Source of the DNA: a virus
Lineage: Duplodnaviria > Caudoviricetes
DNA: 56,243 nucleotides
Reading direction: 5' to 3' (one strand)
IMG/VR virus record: IMGVR_UViG_3300019458_000040
Span: 1 to 56,243 of that record
Part shown: positions 1 through 9,183 of the stretch, in pieces
How positions within the stretch are numbered: position 1 is the first letter of the stretch
Layout of the letters: the number at the start of each line of letters is the position of its first letter
Notes under the pieces: model-generated
What the model saw: the letters and a program-made list of their open reading frames with translations, nothing else
What the model was told of the DNA's origin: nothing
Database searches by the model: none
Program-made: the position numbers and the translations under genes

Positions 1-2
1 AC

Positions 3-68
3 CGCAACGACATTGCCGTCTTCCGCGCCGGCGTTCTCTTCGCGAACTGGCTGAGGAAGACGGCGTGA
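3..68 (+). CDS. 3' end of a gene truncated by the window edge, possibly a PD-(D/E)XK exonuclease
   Basis: Reads RNDIAVFRAGVLFANWLRKTA*; lies upstream of the recombination genes. Confidence 0.35.
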   Translation, partial: RNDIAVFRAGVLFANWLRKTA

Positions 69-93
69 CGACCCCACACGGAGAAACGACCCC

Positions 94-795
94 ATGACCA
101 CGACGACCACGCCTCCGACGAACAGCGCGCCGCCCGCGGCGCTGCCGAAGATTCCCGACGTCTCGGCCGACCGCGCCGCGGCCCAGATCATCCTCGAGAC
201 CGTCGAGTCGACCGCGATCGCCACGCAGGCCGACCGCGACAACGTCTTCGCCGCGATGAGCTCGGCGCGCTCGATCGAGAAGGCGATCGAGGAGAAGTTC
301 AAGCCGCCGAAGCAGGCGCTCGACTCGGTCAAGCGCTGGATCCTCGACGCGGAGAAGGCCGCGCTCGCGCTGCCCCTCAAGGTCCGCGATCTCGCCACGC
401 GGAAGCTCCGCGAGTACGACGACGAGCAGGAGCGGATCCGGCTCGAGACGGAGCGTGTCGCCCGCGAGGCGGCGCGGAAGGCCGAGGAGGACCGAAGGCT
501 CGCGGAGGCCGCCGAAGTCCAGCGGACCGACGGGGAGGAGGCCGCGATGCAGGTCCTCGCGGAGCCGATCCCCACGCCTGTCGTCGTGGTTGAGGACACG
601 AACGAGCGCGCAGCGGGCGAGGGCCGGACGATGCGGTGGAAGGCGCGGATCCTCGACGCCACGAAGGTCCCGCGCGAGTGGTGCATTCCCGACGAGAAGG
701 CGATTCAGGCGCACGCGCGCGCGACGAAGGGTCGCGTGCCCATCGCCGGAGTCGAGTTCTACAGCGAGCGCGACTACAGCGTCCGCTCGCGCTGA
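94..795 (+). CDS. Phage coiled-coil protein of the recombination module
   Basis: GGAG RBS; long charged helix; C-terminal WKARILDATKVPREWCIPDEKAI...IAGVEF motif common next to phage annealing proteins. Confidence 0.7.
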   Translation: MTTTTTPPTNSAPPAALPKIPDVSADRAAAQIILETVESTAIATQADRDNVFAAMSSARSIEKAIEEKFKPPKQALDSVKRWILDAEKAALALPLKVRDLATRKLREYDDEQERIRLETERVAREAARKAEEDRRLAEAAEVQRTDGEEAAMQVLAEPIPTPVVVVEDTNERAAGEGRTMRWKARILDATKVPREWCIPDEKAIQAHARATKGRVPIAGVEFYSERDYSVRSR

Positions 796-841
796 CGCAA
801 ACCCAGGACCCGAACGACCCCGACGACAGGAGACCACGACC

Positions 842-1906
842 ATGACGTCCACGACGACCCAGGCGAACGTGCCGGCCAGCGTGCCGGAGAAGAGTCCCGA
901 GAACGGCGATCGCCGCGTGGTGCCCAAGCCGGGCGATCCAGTGCACGAGAACACCCTCGCCCGCATCGTCCTGAGAGGCGATCTCTCGACCCTCAACCCG
1001 ACGGAACTCGTCACCTACTACTACGCGATGTGCAGGACGATCGGGGCGGATCCGCTGACCCGGCCGTTCGACCTGATCGAGATGCCGGACGAGAAGGACA
1101 AGAAGAAGACGCGGGTGATCCTGTATCCGAACTCGCGGTGCGCGAGCCAACTCCGCGCGAACCATCAGATTTCGTTCGAGAAGCCCGAGATCGAGGAGAA
1201 GCACGGCTGCGTCATCGTCACGATTCGCGCGACGTTGAACGGCCGCACCGACTTCGACACGGGCGCCGTCCCGACGATGAAGCCCGGCGGCGAGTGGGTC
1301 GACACCGGGAAGAAATACCCCGACGGGAACCCGAAGCGCGAGTTTCGGCCGGACGGGACCATGACGCCGATCGATCCGCTCGCCGCGGCGAACGCGATCA
1401 AGAAGGCGATCACCCAGGCGAAGCGGCGCGTGACGTTCAGTCTCTGCGGACTCGCCGGTCTTCCTGATCAGGACGATGCCGAGAACGGTACGTTCGCGGG
1501 CGCGCGCGTGATCGACACGGAGGCTGTTCTTCGGGGCGAGGATCCAAGAGCGATCGAAAGCCCCGAAGGCCAGCCCGAGAAGAAGGCCCCAACCGTCACG
1601 GTCGACGACTTCCGGAACCTCGCGACGGTCCGCGACGCTCTGGCGCTCCTCGTGCTCGGTCCAGACGCCACGGGCGATCAGAAGCAGGCCCTCGGGCGCG
1701 AGCGTGCGCAGACGGCCATCGGGAAGCCGATTCCGCAGACGCGGGACGAGATCGATCAGGTCGTCGCGGCGATCAAGGCGGAGATCGAGAGTCGCGGATC
1801 GGCGGTGCCCGGGGCGGCAGTGCGCGAGCCCGGATCCGACGACGCGGAGCCGGCCGATTCGAAGCCATCGGCGCCGGCCAAGGGACAGAAGTCGCTCACC
1901 CTCTAA
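842..1906 (+). CDS. RecT/Bet-like single-strand annealing protein
   Basis: AGGAG RBS before ATG 842; GDLSTLNPTELVTYYYAMCRTIGADPLTRPF and ANAIKKAITQAKRRVTFSLCGL motifs. Confidence 0.65.
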   Translation: MTSTTTQANVPASVPEKSPENGDRRVVPKPGDPVHENTLARIVLRGDLSTLNPTELVTYYYAMCRTIGADPLTRPFDLIEMPDEKDKKKTRVILYPNSRCASQLRANHQISFEKPEIEEKHGCVIVTIRATLNGRTDFDTGAVPTMKPGGEWVDTGKKYPDGNPKREFRPDGTMTPIDPLAAANAIKKAITQAKRRVTFSLCGLAGLPDQDDAENGTFAGARVIDTEAVLRGEDPRAIESPEGQPEKKAPTVTVDDFRNLATVRDALALLVLGPDATGDQKQALGRERAQTAIGKPIPQTRDEIDQVVAAIKAEIESRGSAVPGAAVREPGSDDAEPADSKPSAPAKGQKSLTL

Positions 1907-2297
1907 GCCCTTCCCCCGGAGCGAACGAGAAGAGAGCGAAACGATGACGACGCAGACGGCGCGCCGCGGAGACGCGAGGGGCGTGCACCTCTTGTCCGGT
2001 GACGGCGCGCCGCACATCTCCAGCGCCCGCGTCGCGGCACTCCAAGCGACTCCACGCGGCTCGGGCGCGCTTTCTCCTAGAGCAGGACGACGGTCAGTCG
2101 TACGGGGTCGGTGGTCAGTGCCGGCGAGTTCTGGCGGAAGCGCGGAGGACGTGTCTTCAAGCACGACCCCCTTTCCGCGGCCGTCTCGCCGGCAGTCGTG
2201 CGGGCGTCGCCGCGCTGCGCTTTCCGGCGGCGCCTCTTCTTTCGCTGTGGCGGTGGCCGAGGGACGACGGAGGGATTCGATGGAGGGAGTCGAGACG

Positions 2298-2555
2298 GTG
2301 AACGGCGAGGACCCGACGCAGGGCGACGTCGTGCGCGAGATCGAGGACTTCGGCCGGAAGGTCGCGCACTCGACGCTCGCCGTGGTGCTCGCGCCCTGCG
2401 CGCACTGCGGGCACCCGCCGCACCCGCCGCACCCGGCGATGGCGGGGCTTGTGCACATCCTGACGGCGGCGCTCGCGAATCGGAATGCCGAATGGTCGAG
2501 CGATCTCGCGGCGATCGCGAGGCGCGAGAGAGCGAGGAGGGCGAAGAGGTCATGA
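2298..2555 (+). CDS. Hypothetical protein with CxxC and HPP repeats
   Basis: GGAGGGAG RBS, GTG start, ATGA overlap with the next gene; start uncertain. Confidence 0.5.
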   Translation: MNGEDPTQGDVVREIEDFGRKVAHSTLAVVLAPCAHCGHPPHPPHPAMAGLVHILTAALANRNAEWSSDLAAIARRERARRAKRS

Positions 2556-3163
2556 GCAATCCGAAGGACGACTCCCTGATTTACCCGAGAGACCTGAGCG
2601 AGCGACTGAAAGATTCGGCCGTGACACTCGCCAGCGCGATGGTCGAGGTGGACGGCACCGACCCCGAGTGGCACAAGCGAACGCGCAGGGCGCTCGATGA
2701 CATGCGGCTCGCGTTGACGGAGTGCGATCGCGCCCAGCTCGGGCGCCGCGAGGAGAGCAAGGACGAGCGACGGCTACGGGTGATCGTGGAGTTCTTCGAA
2801 GCCTGCGGTTACGTCGTTCGCGATGCGGTCGTCAGCGGTCTTCACCCCATGTACGACTTCGTGATGACGCCGCCAGAAGGCGAGGAAATCCGCAAGGTCT
2901 TCGCGCCGGAGTGGGTGGAGTCGAGGCAGGCCCTTCGCGCCGCGGCAGCCGAGGCGGCCGATCATGATTGCGACTTACTCCGGCGTCGCTATACGGTCGG
3001 TGGCGCAGAGACTGTCGTTCGCGAATCCTTCACCGGCCGCTTGGTCGGGGTGTGCTATGGCGTGACGAATGAAGCCGCCCTGATCGCCGTCACGCGCGCG
3101 CTGAAGGCGCTGAAGGAGCTGAAGGAGAAGAAGTCATGTTCGACTCCGACATCGACGACCTGA
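2552..3163 (+). CDS. Hypothetical protein
   Basis: ATGA coupling, RBS, protein-like composition. Confidence 0.65.
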   Translation: MSNPKDDSLIYPRDLSERLKDSAVTLASAMVEVDGTDPEWHKRTRRALDDMRLALTECDRAQLGRREESKDERRLRVIVEFFEACGYVVRDAVVSGLHPMYDFVMTPPEGEEIRKVFAPEWVESRQALRAAAAEAADHDCDLLRRRYTVGGAETVVRESFTGRLVGVCYGVTNEAALIAVTRALKALKELKEKKSCSTPTSTT

Positions 3164-3432
3164 AGCGCGAGAAGCTCGAGGGCGATCGCACCGAGCCCGA
3201 CGACGCGCTTCCCACGGAGGACGTGCACGGGAACGCGATTCGCCGCTGCGGTTGCGACCGCCCGATGGTCAAGTGCGACTGCGGCGCGTTCGTGTGCTGG
3301 CCGTGTGAGATGGCCTCGGGTGCGGGCATCGAGTGCTCTTGCGGAGAGCGCTTCTGTGAGAGCTGCATGAACCGACCGACGCGCGATCCGCGGACGGACA
3401 CGCTCGTCTGCGGATCTTGCTCGGAGACCTGA
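3136..3432 (+). CDS. Cys-rich putative zinc-binding protein
   Basis: Multiple CxC/CxxC motifs; AGGAG RBS. Confidence 0.65.
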   Translation: MFDSDIDDLKREKLEGDRTEPDDALPTEDVHGNAIRRCGCDRPMVKCDCGAFVCWPCEMASGAGIECSCGERFCESCMNRPTRDPRTDTLVCGSCSET

Positions 3433-3461
3433 CGGGCGATCGAGAACGGGAGGGAAACGAA

Positions 3462-3878
3462 GTGGCGGAGCTGGTCGAGAGATCCGACGGCGCGGACGCA
3501 GACGAGTTCGAGGCGGTCCGCGACTGCGACAAGCGGCTGTTCGCGATCGCGAGAGAGTTCGGCGCTTGGACGCGCTTCGCGTCCCACATCACGACCGTCG
3601 CCGCGCGAAAGCCTGGCTGCGAGGTCTACGGGCCCCGCGGCGTCGTGTGGCTCGACCGACACGGACTGCCGAAGCTCGGGCTCTGGACGGTCCTCGACTA
3701 CAAGCTCCCGATCCGCGTCCGCGAGGCGGAGAAGCGATGCGGATTCGTGAAGGAGGGAAAGCAGGCCCGACGGAACTATGTGTTCGGCTCGATTCCGGAG
3801 CAGATGATCGAGCGGGCGATCGAGTTCGTCTCCGAAGAACCCGACTCGGATGATGTCCGCGCACGAGTAAAAGTGTAA
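3462..3878 (+). CDS. Hypothetical protein
   Basis: GGGAGG RBS and GTG start. Confidence 0.65.
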   Translation: MAELVERSDGADADEFEAVRDCDKRLFAIAREFGAWTRFASHITTVAARKPGCEVYGPRGVVWLDRHGLPKLGLWTVLDYKLPIRVREAEKRCGFVKEGKQARRNYVFGSIPEQMIERAIEFVSEEPDSDDVRARVKV

Positions 3879-3907
3879 GCATGCGACTCGAAGCGCTCGG
3901 AGTGGTG

Positions 3908-4024
3908 ATGAGTGTCCCGTGGGACGTCGTGTTGGCGATCGGACTCGTGGTCGTGGCTCTCGCGATCTTCCGCGAGCATCGCGGGCACGGGGTCGGCGGT
4001 CGTAGGGGCAGAGGGAAACCTTGA
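3908..4024 (+). CDS. Small membrane peptide
   Basis: MSVPWDVVLAIGLVVVALAIFREHRG...; GGAG upstream; below the ORF track cutoff. Confidence 0.45.
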   Translation: MSVPWDVVLAIGLVVVALAIFREHRGHGVGGRRGRGKP

Positions 4025-4154
4025 CCGCGCTCGCGTGTGCGGGCGCTGGTGGCTCAGTGCTGGAGAGGGCGGACGTGACGACATTCCGCGAGGCGGTAGC
4101 TCGGGTTGGTCCGCTTGAGCTGCCGCCTGGCGCGGAGTCGGTAAGGAATGACCG

Positions 4155-4361
4155 ATGGTCGACTACGTGACGCTGATGGGAGCCGATGCGGTTCAAGCCG
4201 CCGGCTCAACGATCTCGTCGGCGGCCGAGAACATGAGACGAGCGGCCGACTCGTTCGTCTGCGCCGTGCACCAGCTGGACCAGGTACTTGAGGAAAAACT
4301 CGCACGGCTCGAGGCGCTCGTCGAGCGGATCGAGAAGGCGGCGACGGCGAAGGATGCCTGA
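4155..4361 (+). CDS. Hypothetical coiled-coil protein
   Basis: AAGGA RBS; helical pattern. Confidence 0.65.
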   Translation: MVDYVTLMGADAVQAAGSTISSAAENMRRAADSFVCAVHQLDQVLEEKLARLEALVERIEKAATAKDA

Positions 4362-4363
4362 TC

Positions 4364-4747
4364 GTGGGACGACTCTACTGCAGCAATCCGTACGAGCACG
4401 AACGCGACGGTCGCGAAGCCGCGAGGTACGGCCGCGACTACACGTCGGAGCACCGCGAGATGATGCGTAACCGCTACGACGACGAGTGTGCTCGCGTCTA
4501 CGCGGAGGCATACCGGGGCGAGCAGCGTCGAATCGAGGCGCGACGAGAAGAGGAGCGGGAGGAGGAACGTGCCCTGCGAGCACGGCGTCAGCGCATCGAC
4601 GAGGAGGAGTATTGGGAGCGGCAGTACCCCGAAGAGCAGCCGTACCTGGAGGAGCCGAGTCCCGAAGAGCCTCCGTCACGTGTCGAGGTCATCCGGTCGA
4701 TCCGGCGTCGGATCGAAGAGCAGGCGTGGGCGCGAAAGGCGAAGTGA
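4364..4747 (+). CDS. Hypothetical charged protein
   Basis: Tight packing with neighbours; E/R/Y-rich. Confidence 0.6.
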   Translation: MGRLYCSNPYEHERDGREAARYGRDYTSEHREMMRNRYDDECARVYAEAYRGEQRRIEARREEEREEERALRARRQRIDEEEYWERQYPEEQPYLEEPSPEEPPSRVEVIRSIRRRIEEQAWARKAK

Positions 4748-4787
4748 CACACAGCGAGGCGCGAGCCTCGACGAAGAGGAGGATCCG

Positions 4788-5141
4788 ATGGCAGACGAGC
4801 AGAAGGACGGCCCGATTGGCGAGCATCTCCAGTCCTGGGAGATCGTCAACCTCGCCCAGGAAGTCGGAGACCCGCCCCCGGCGGCGATCGCGTGGATCTC
4901 GCTCAACGGACACGTTTTCGAAACCGACGTCGACGAGCTCGAGAAGATCGCGACCGAGGCGAAGGCCGCGCGGAAGCGGTCGCGGAATGGACTCGGTGGA
5001 CGTGGCGGCTCGAGCATCACAGCGAAGGAGCTCTCGCGGGCCGCGCGGCAGAGGCTGCTCTCGTTTCCGTCCGAGGAGCACGAGGCGGAAGCGAAGACGG
5101 GTCCCGCGCGGCGGACCGCTGCGGCGGGTGGGAAGAGCTGA
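4788..5141 (+). CDS. Hypothetical protein
   Basis: GAGGAGG RBS before ATG 4788. Confidence 0.65.
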   Translation: MADEQKDGPIGEHLQSWEIVNLAQEVGDPPPAAIAWISLNGHVFETDVDELEKIATEAKAARKRSRNGLGGRGGSSITAKELSRAARQRLLSFPSEEHEAEAKTGPARRTAAAGGKS

Positions 5142-5148
5142 AGATGAA

Positions 5149-5292
5149 GACCGTCGCGCCGAGCTGCATGGATGGCCATGCCTCACGGCGAGCGCCTGGT
5201 GCCACGAGCAACCGTGGCCTGCCGAGGAAGGTCGTTGTGGCCAGAACAGAAACCAGGGAGCCGGAATCAAGCCCGGTCTCGGCGCGGCGGTC
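5149..5292 (+). ncRNA. Candidate tRNA-shaped structured non-coding RNA
   Basis: 15 bp closing stem 5149-5163/5278-5292 (one G-U), hairpin 5166-5181, stem 5195-5200/5252-5257, T-arm-like hairpin 5260-5277. Confidence 0.5.
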
Positions 5293-5342
5293 GTTTCGAC
5301 GTCACCACACGAACGAACGAACGAACTGAGGGAGGGCAGAAC

Positions 5343-5648
5343 TTGAAGCTCACGGCGAGAGTCGTCGCGGAAGAGATGGCGCCAAAATGGATCCGATTCG
5401 AGGACCTTGGGACGAGCGACAGCGGGAAGACGCGCCGTTTCGCCGTCATCGCGCGCCACGACGACACGCTGCTCGGCGAGATCTGCTGGTTCGGCGGCTG
5501 GCGAAAGTACGTCTTCGCCGCCTTACCCCAACACCGAGTACGAGAGAACTGCCTTCGAGACATCGCGGCGTTCTGTGAGCGAACGACTCGCGAGCACAGA
5601 GCGCGGAGGGCGTCACGCAGGGCGGACGAACAGGAGGGCAGACGATGA
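5343..5648 (+). CDS. Hypothetical phage protein
   Basis: GGAGGG RBS with TTG start (alternative ATG 5376); LGEICWFGGWRKYVF...CLRDIAAF motif. Confidence 0.6.
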   Translation: MKLTARVVAEEMAPKWIRFEDLGTSDSGKTRRFAVIARHDDTLLGEICWFGGWRKYVFAALPQHRVRENCLRDIAAFCERTTREHRARRASRRADEQEGRR

Positions 5649-7447
5649 CGAGCGCCGTAGCCGAGTCGTTCCGGACGATCCCGCTGAAGCAGCTCCGCGA
5701 GGCGCCCTGGAACCCGCGGAAGACGTTCGAGAAGAAGGCGCTCGAGGAGCTGACAGCGAGCGTCAAGGCGAAGGGCGTGCTCGTGCCGCTGCTCGTGCGG
5801 CAAATCGAGGGCGCGCACTGCGGCGGAAAGACGGCGAGCGGCAAGTCGGTCGCCGAAGAGTGGCCGGCGGTCTTCGAGATCGTCGCCGGCGCGCGCCGCT
5901 TCCGCGCCGCACGGGCCGCGGGGCTCGAGGAGGTCCCCGTCATCGTCCGGAACCTCTCGGACGTGGAGGCCCTAGAGACGACCGTCATCGAGAACGCAAT
6001 TCGCGCCGACGTGCCGGCGCTCGAAGAAGCGGAAGGCTACGCCGCGCTCCTCAAGATCGACGGCTACGACGTGCAGAAGATCGCGGCGAAGACGGGGCAT
6101 TCTCTCTCGCACGTCTACGCCCGGCTCCAGCTCGCGAAGCTCATCGATCCCGCGAAGAAGGCGCTCACCGAGGATCAGATCACCGCCGGCCACGCGAACG
6201 AGATCGCCCGCCTCACCGAGAAGGACCAAGCCAAGGCGCTTCGGCGTTGCCTCGACACGTGGAATCCGGCGACAGTCCGCCAGCTCCACGAGTGGATCGA
6301 GCGCAACGTGCATCTCGATCTCCACTCCGCGCCGTGGAAGAAGGATGACGCCGAGCTTCTCCCCGCGGCCGGCGCGTGCCTCACGTGCACGAAGCGCACG
6401 GGAACGACGCCCGCGCTCTTCGAGGACATCAAGAAGAAGGATACGTGCACGGATCGCGAGTGCTTCGCCGCGAAGCGGGCGGCCTGGATCGAGAAGACGA
6501 TCTCCGGCGAGAAGGAGAAGTCGGGCGTCGACCTTCTCCGGCTCTCGACCGACTACAGCGTCGGGCAGCGGAAGAAGCCGAAGAAGGGCGAGGCGCCGCC
6601 GCCGCTCCCGGCGTCACAGTGGACCGCGGTCGCGCCGAAGAAGAAGGTCTGCGAGTTCACGCGGCCGGCGATCGTGGTCGACGGGCACCACGGGAACATC
6701 GGCGAGCTGAAGCGCGTCTGCACGGATCGCAAGTGCCAGGTGCACCGGGGCGAGATCCCGGGCGCCGGCGGGCGCGTCGATGACTCGTGGCGCAAGCGGC
6801 AGGCCGCGCAGGAGAAGAAGGCGAAACGCGAGCGGGTCGAGCGGCGGGCGATCCTCGACGCGACGCTGGCGAAGGTCGAGCAGCTCGACGACGACGACCT
6901 CTTCACCGTCGCGGCGGGGCTGCTCCACGGCATCGACCACGAGACCGCGAAGAACCTCGTGCGTCACCACGGCTGGCCGGTGAAGGAGCAGCAGTACGGG
7001 ACCGATTACCGGGGCGCGGCGCGGAAGGCGATCGAGGACCTGAAGGGCAGCGACCTCGCGCGCGTCGTTCTCGAAATCGGCCTCCTGCACGCGCTCTCCG
7101 TCAGCGTCCATGGGTCGGCCGAGCCGAAGGTCCTCCTCGCCACCGCGAAGCGGAAGGGCGTCGACGTCGCGGCGGTGCGGAAGGCGGCGGAGGAGGAGGA
7201 GAAGAAGCCCAAGGCCCGGAAGCAGAAGGTGAAGAAGGGCGAGCAGGAGCCGGGCGTGTGCCGGTCCTGCGGCTGTACCGAGCAGAACGCGTGTGAGACT
7301 GACGACGGCCCGTGCGGCTGGGCGGACACGACGCAGACGCTCTGTACGGCGTGCGAAGGGAAGGAGCCGACGACGAAGAAGCGAGCGAAGCCGAAGCCGC
7401 GGCGCGCCGGGCGGAAGCCGAAGCCCACAGCGGAGACCGCCCCGTGA
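5645..7447 (+). CDS. parB: Long ParB/RepB/Spo0J-family protein with Cys-rich modules
   Basis: NPRKTF, GVLVPLLVR, EIVAGARRFRAA, IENAIRADV, HTH; CxxC clusters mid-protein and at the C-terminus. Confidence 0.9.
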   Translation: MTSAVAESFRTIPLKQLREAPWNPRKTFEKKALEELTASVKAKGVLVPLLVRQIEGAHCGGKTASGKSVAEEWPAVFEIVAGARRFRAARAAGLEEVPVIVRNLSDVEALETTVIENAIRADVPALEEAEGYAALLKIDGYDVQKIAAKTGHSLSHVYARLQLAKLIDPAKKALTEDQITAGHANEIARLTEKDQAKALRRCLDTWNPATVRQLHEWIERNVHLDLHSAPWKKDDAELLPAAGACLTCTKRTGTTPALFEDIKKKDTCTDRECFAAKRAAWIEKTISGEKEKSGVDLLRLSTDYSVGQRKKPKKGEAPPPLPASQWTAVAPKKKVCEFTRPAIVVDGHHGNIGELKRVCTDRKCQVHRGEIPGAGGRVDDSWRKRQAAQEKKAKRERVERRAILDATLAKVEQLDDDDLFTVAAGLLHGIDHETAKNLVRHHGWPVKEQQYGTDYRGAARKAIEDLKGSDLARVVLEIGLLHALSVSVHGSAEPKVLLATAKRKGVDVAAVRKAAEEEEKKPKARKQKVKKGEQEPGVCRSCGCTEQNACETDDGPCGWADTTQTLCTACEGKEPTTKKRAKPKPRRAGRKPKPTAETAP

Positions 7448-7632
7448 GTACTCGACGGCAGCGCGCGATGGCGCTCGCGATCCTCAGCATGGCCGCGAGC
7501 GGCGCGGACGTGGCGCCCGAGATCGTCGAGAAGGCGCGCGAGGCGTCAGTGCCGACGAAGCTCGACGAGGAGAGGATTCGGCGGGCGGCGGAGAAGCGAG
7601 AGAGGAAACGGACCAGGAGAGCGGGGCTATGA
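7444..7632 (+). CDS. Hypothetical protein
   Basis: GTGA/ATGA overlaps at both ends. Confidence 0.5.
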   Translation: MSTRRQRAMALAILSMAASGADVAPEIVEKAREASVPTKLDEERIRRAAEKRERKRTRRAGL

Positions 7633-7850
7633 GCAACGTGAGCGAACTCCTGGAGAAGGCCGAGCGCCTCGTCGCGCTCCTCAAAGATCCGCACCCGGGG
7701 CTTTTTACTTGGCAGCAGGCGGTCAGCAACACCAGGGAGTCAATCGCTGCGCACCCGTCGCCGGAGCGGGAGCTGACCGACGAATCGAGCGCGTTCTACT
7801 CGCCCGAGTGGCGCGAGATTGCCGACGAGATCGGGAGGGAGAAGGGGTGA
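7629..7850 (+). CDS. Hypothetical protein
   Basis: ATGA coupling; RBS. Confidence 0.6.
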   Translation: MSNVSELLEKAERLVALLKDPHPGLFTWQQAVSNTRESIAAHPSPERELTDESSAFYSPEWREIADEIGREKG

Positions 7851-8080
7851 AACGAGTTCCCTTTGCCTTAAGGGCAATGTCGCTCCGCCTGGCTTCGACG
7901 CTATTCGCCGAAGGAGTCGATCGCGATAGGGCTCAGGCCGCGATCTATCGAGGCATGGCCTCCGCAATCAGGCGTTACTTCTGGGCCTCGTGTCGCACGG
8001 CTCCTCGACCGACGACGCGGGCAGCGCTATGGCCCAAGGTTCTGTACGAAGAGGCGAATCGATTGGAGCCACAACCTTGA
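7847..8080 (+). CDS. Hypothetical protein
   Basis: GTGA coupling; more A/T-rich codons. Confidence 0.5.
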   Translation: MKRVPFALRAMSLRLASTLFAEGVDRDRAQAAIYRGMASAIRRYFWASCRTAPRPTTRAALWPKVLYEEANRLEPQP

Positions 8081-8276
8081 CCCCTCCCCCGAAGCTCTCC
8101 CCCGCCGCACAACTCCGCTGCGACGTGGAGCGCTGGCGACGCGGCGAAATCGCGTACCGCGACGAGTTCCACGAGCGAGTCTGTCGCTTAATCGACGTGA
8201 GCGGCTGGTTCGGCCACCTACGCAGGAGGCTCGCCAAGAGACCGGGACGGTGGAGAAATCCGTCGAAGGGGGCATT

Positions 8277-8477
8277 GTGAAACCGGCACCGAACCTCGAC
8301 CGCAAGACCGCGCGGCGCATCGCGGAGGCGCTCGACCTGACGCGGGTCGCGAGCGTGGGCGGGGTGTCCGGTAGCGTCCTGATCCACTTCGATCGCGCAG
8401 TTCTGGCCGACGCGATCTACACCGCCGCCAACGCCCCGCGCAATGCGAAGGCGGGGAAGGGGCGAGCGAAGCCGTGA
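8277..8477 (+). CDS. Hypothetical protein
   Basis: GTGA coupling at both ends. Confidence 0.5.
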   Translation: MKPAPNLDRKTARRIAEALDLTRVASVGGVSGSVLIHFDRAVLADAIYTAANAPRNAKAGKGRAKP

Positions 8478-8540
8478 GCCCCATCGCTCCCGACAACCGC
8501 GCTCGATACCCAAAGGACTGGCGCGCGATCCGCAGTACGG
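8474..8540 (+). pseudogene. N-terminal remnant of an HNH-type phage endonuclease gene
   Basis: MSPIAPDNRARYPKDWRAIR resembles the start of phage HNH proteins; no Cys/HNH motifs follow. Confidence 0.45.
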
Positions 8541-8590
8541 TTTCCGGCGAGAGTGTCGGTGGCCGCGGAACGCGTGTTGAGGAAAGTGAC

Positions 8591-8791
8591 ATGAGCGAGA
8601 GACTGACGGACGACATTCGCATCGAGTGCGACCGACTCCACGGGGTCCTAGTTCAACGCGGGATTGACTCGCTGATTCTCGATGCTGCCGACGCGATCGT
8701 GAAGCTCCGGGCCGAGCCGGCGAAGCTGAAGCGCGGGAACCCGTCGCTTGACGAGTCGCTGAACATGGGAGATGGGAGTTACAGGCCATGA
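8591..8791 (+). CDS. Hypothetical protein
   Basis: GAGG RBS; ATGA coupling. Confidence 0.55.
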   Translation: MSERLTDDIRIECDRLHGVLVQRGIDSLILDAADAIVKLRAEPAKLKRGNPSLDESLNMGDGSYRP

Positions 8792-9183
8792 GTAAGAGAC
8801 CGTCGGACGAGGAGATCATCGAAGTCCTAAAGTCCGCGAGGGAGACCACGTTATCGAAAGCGATGGCTCTCGGGGGTGATCGGTCCGGGGCGGTCAAGCG
8901 CGAGATCGAGCGAATTGACTGCGCGATCGAAACGCTCCGCCTCCGCACCCCCACTCCACCCCGTCTCACCGAGGCGCAGAGGGCGAGGGTGGAGGATGTG
9001 CGGGATATGCGCAAGAACGTAGAGTCTGCCCCCGATCGCGCAACGGACTACGCCAATCGGGGCGACTATGTGGCCGCTCAGTTCACACAAGAGGACGCCG
9101 CAATAGACAGGGCGAAGCTCGGAACCGAAGGGATCGACGACCTTCTCGAAATCCTCGACACCCTGACCGGAGGCAGGCCATGA
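8788..9183 (+). CDS. Hypothetical protein (cassette-like)
   Basis: ATGA coupling; ends in the junction repeat. Confidence 0.7.
   Translation: MSKRPSDEEIIEVLKSARETTLSKAMALGGDRSGAVKREIERIDCAIETLRLRTPTPPRLTEAQRARVEDVRDMRKNVESAPDRATDYANRGDYVAAQFTQEDAAIDRAKLGTEGIDDLLEILDTLTGGRP

Noticed and set aside
2410-2436. 9 bp tandem repeat (HPP x3) and the 18 bp duplication at 17316-17351
   Set aside because: In-frame slippage duplications with no evidence of phase variation
4042-4120. tRNA-like start GCTGGTGGCTCAGTGCTGGAGAG
   Set aside because: No anticodon arm, T-loop or acceptor pairing follows
5515-5555. Apparent compensating frameshifts (YPNTEYE in the alternate frame)
   Set aside because: Overall frame is preserved; cannot be told from sequencing error or drift without reads
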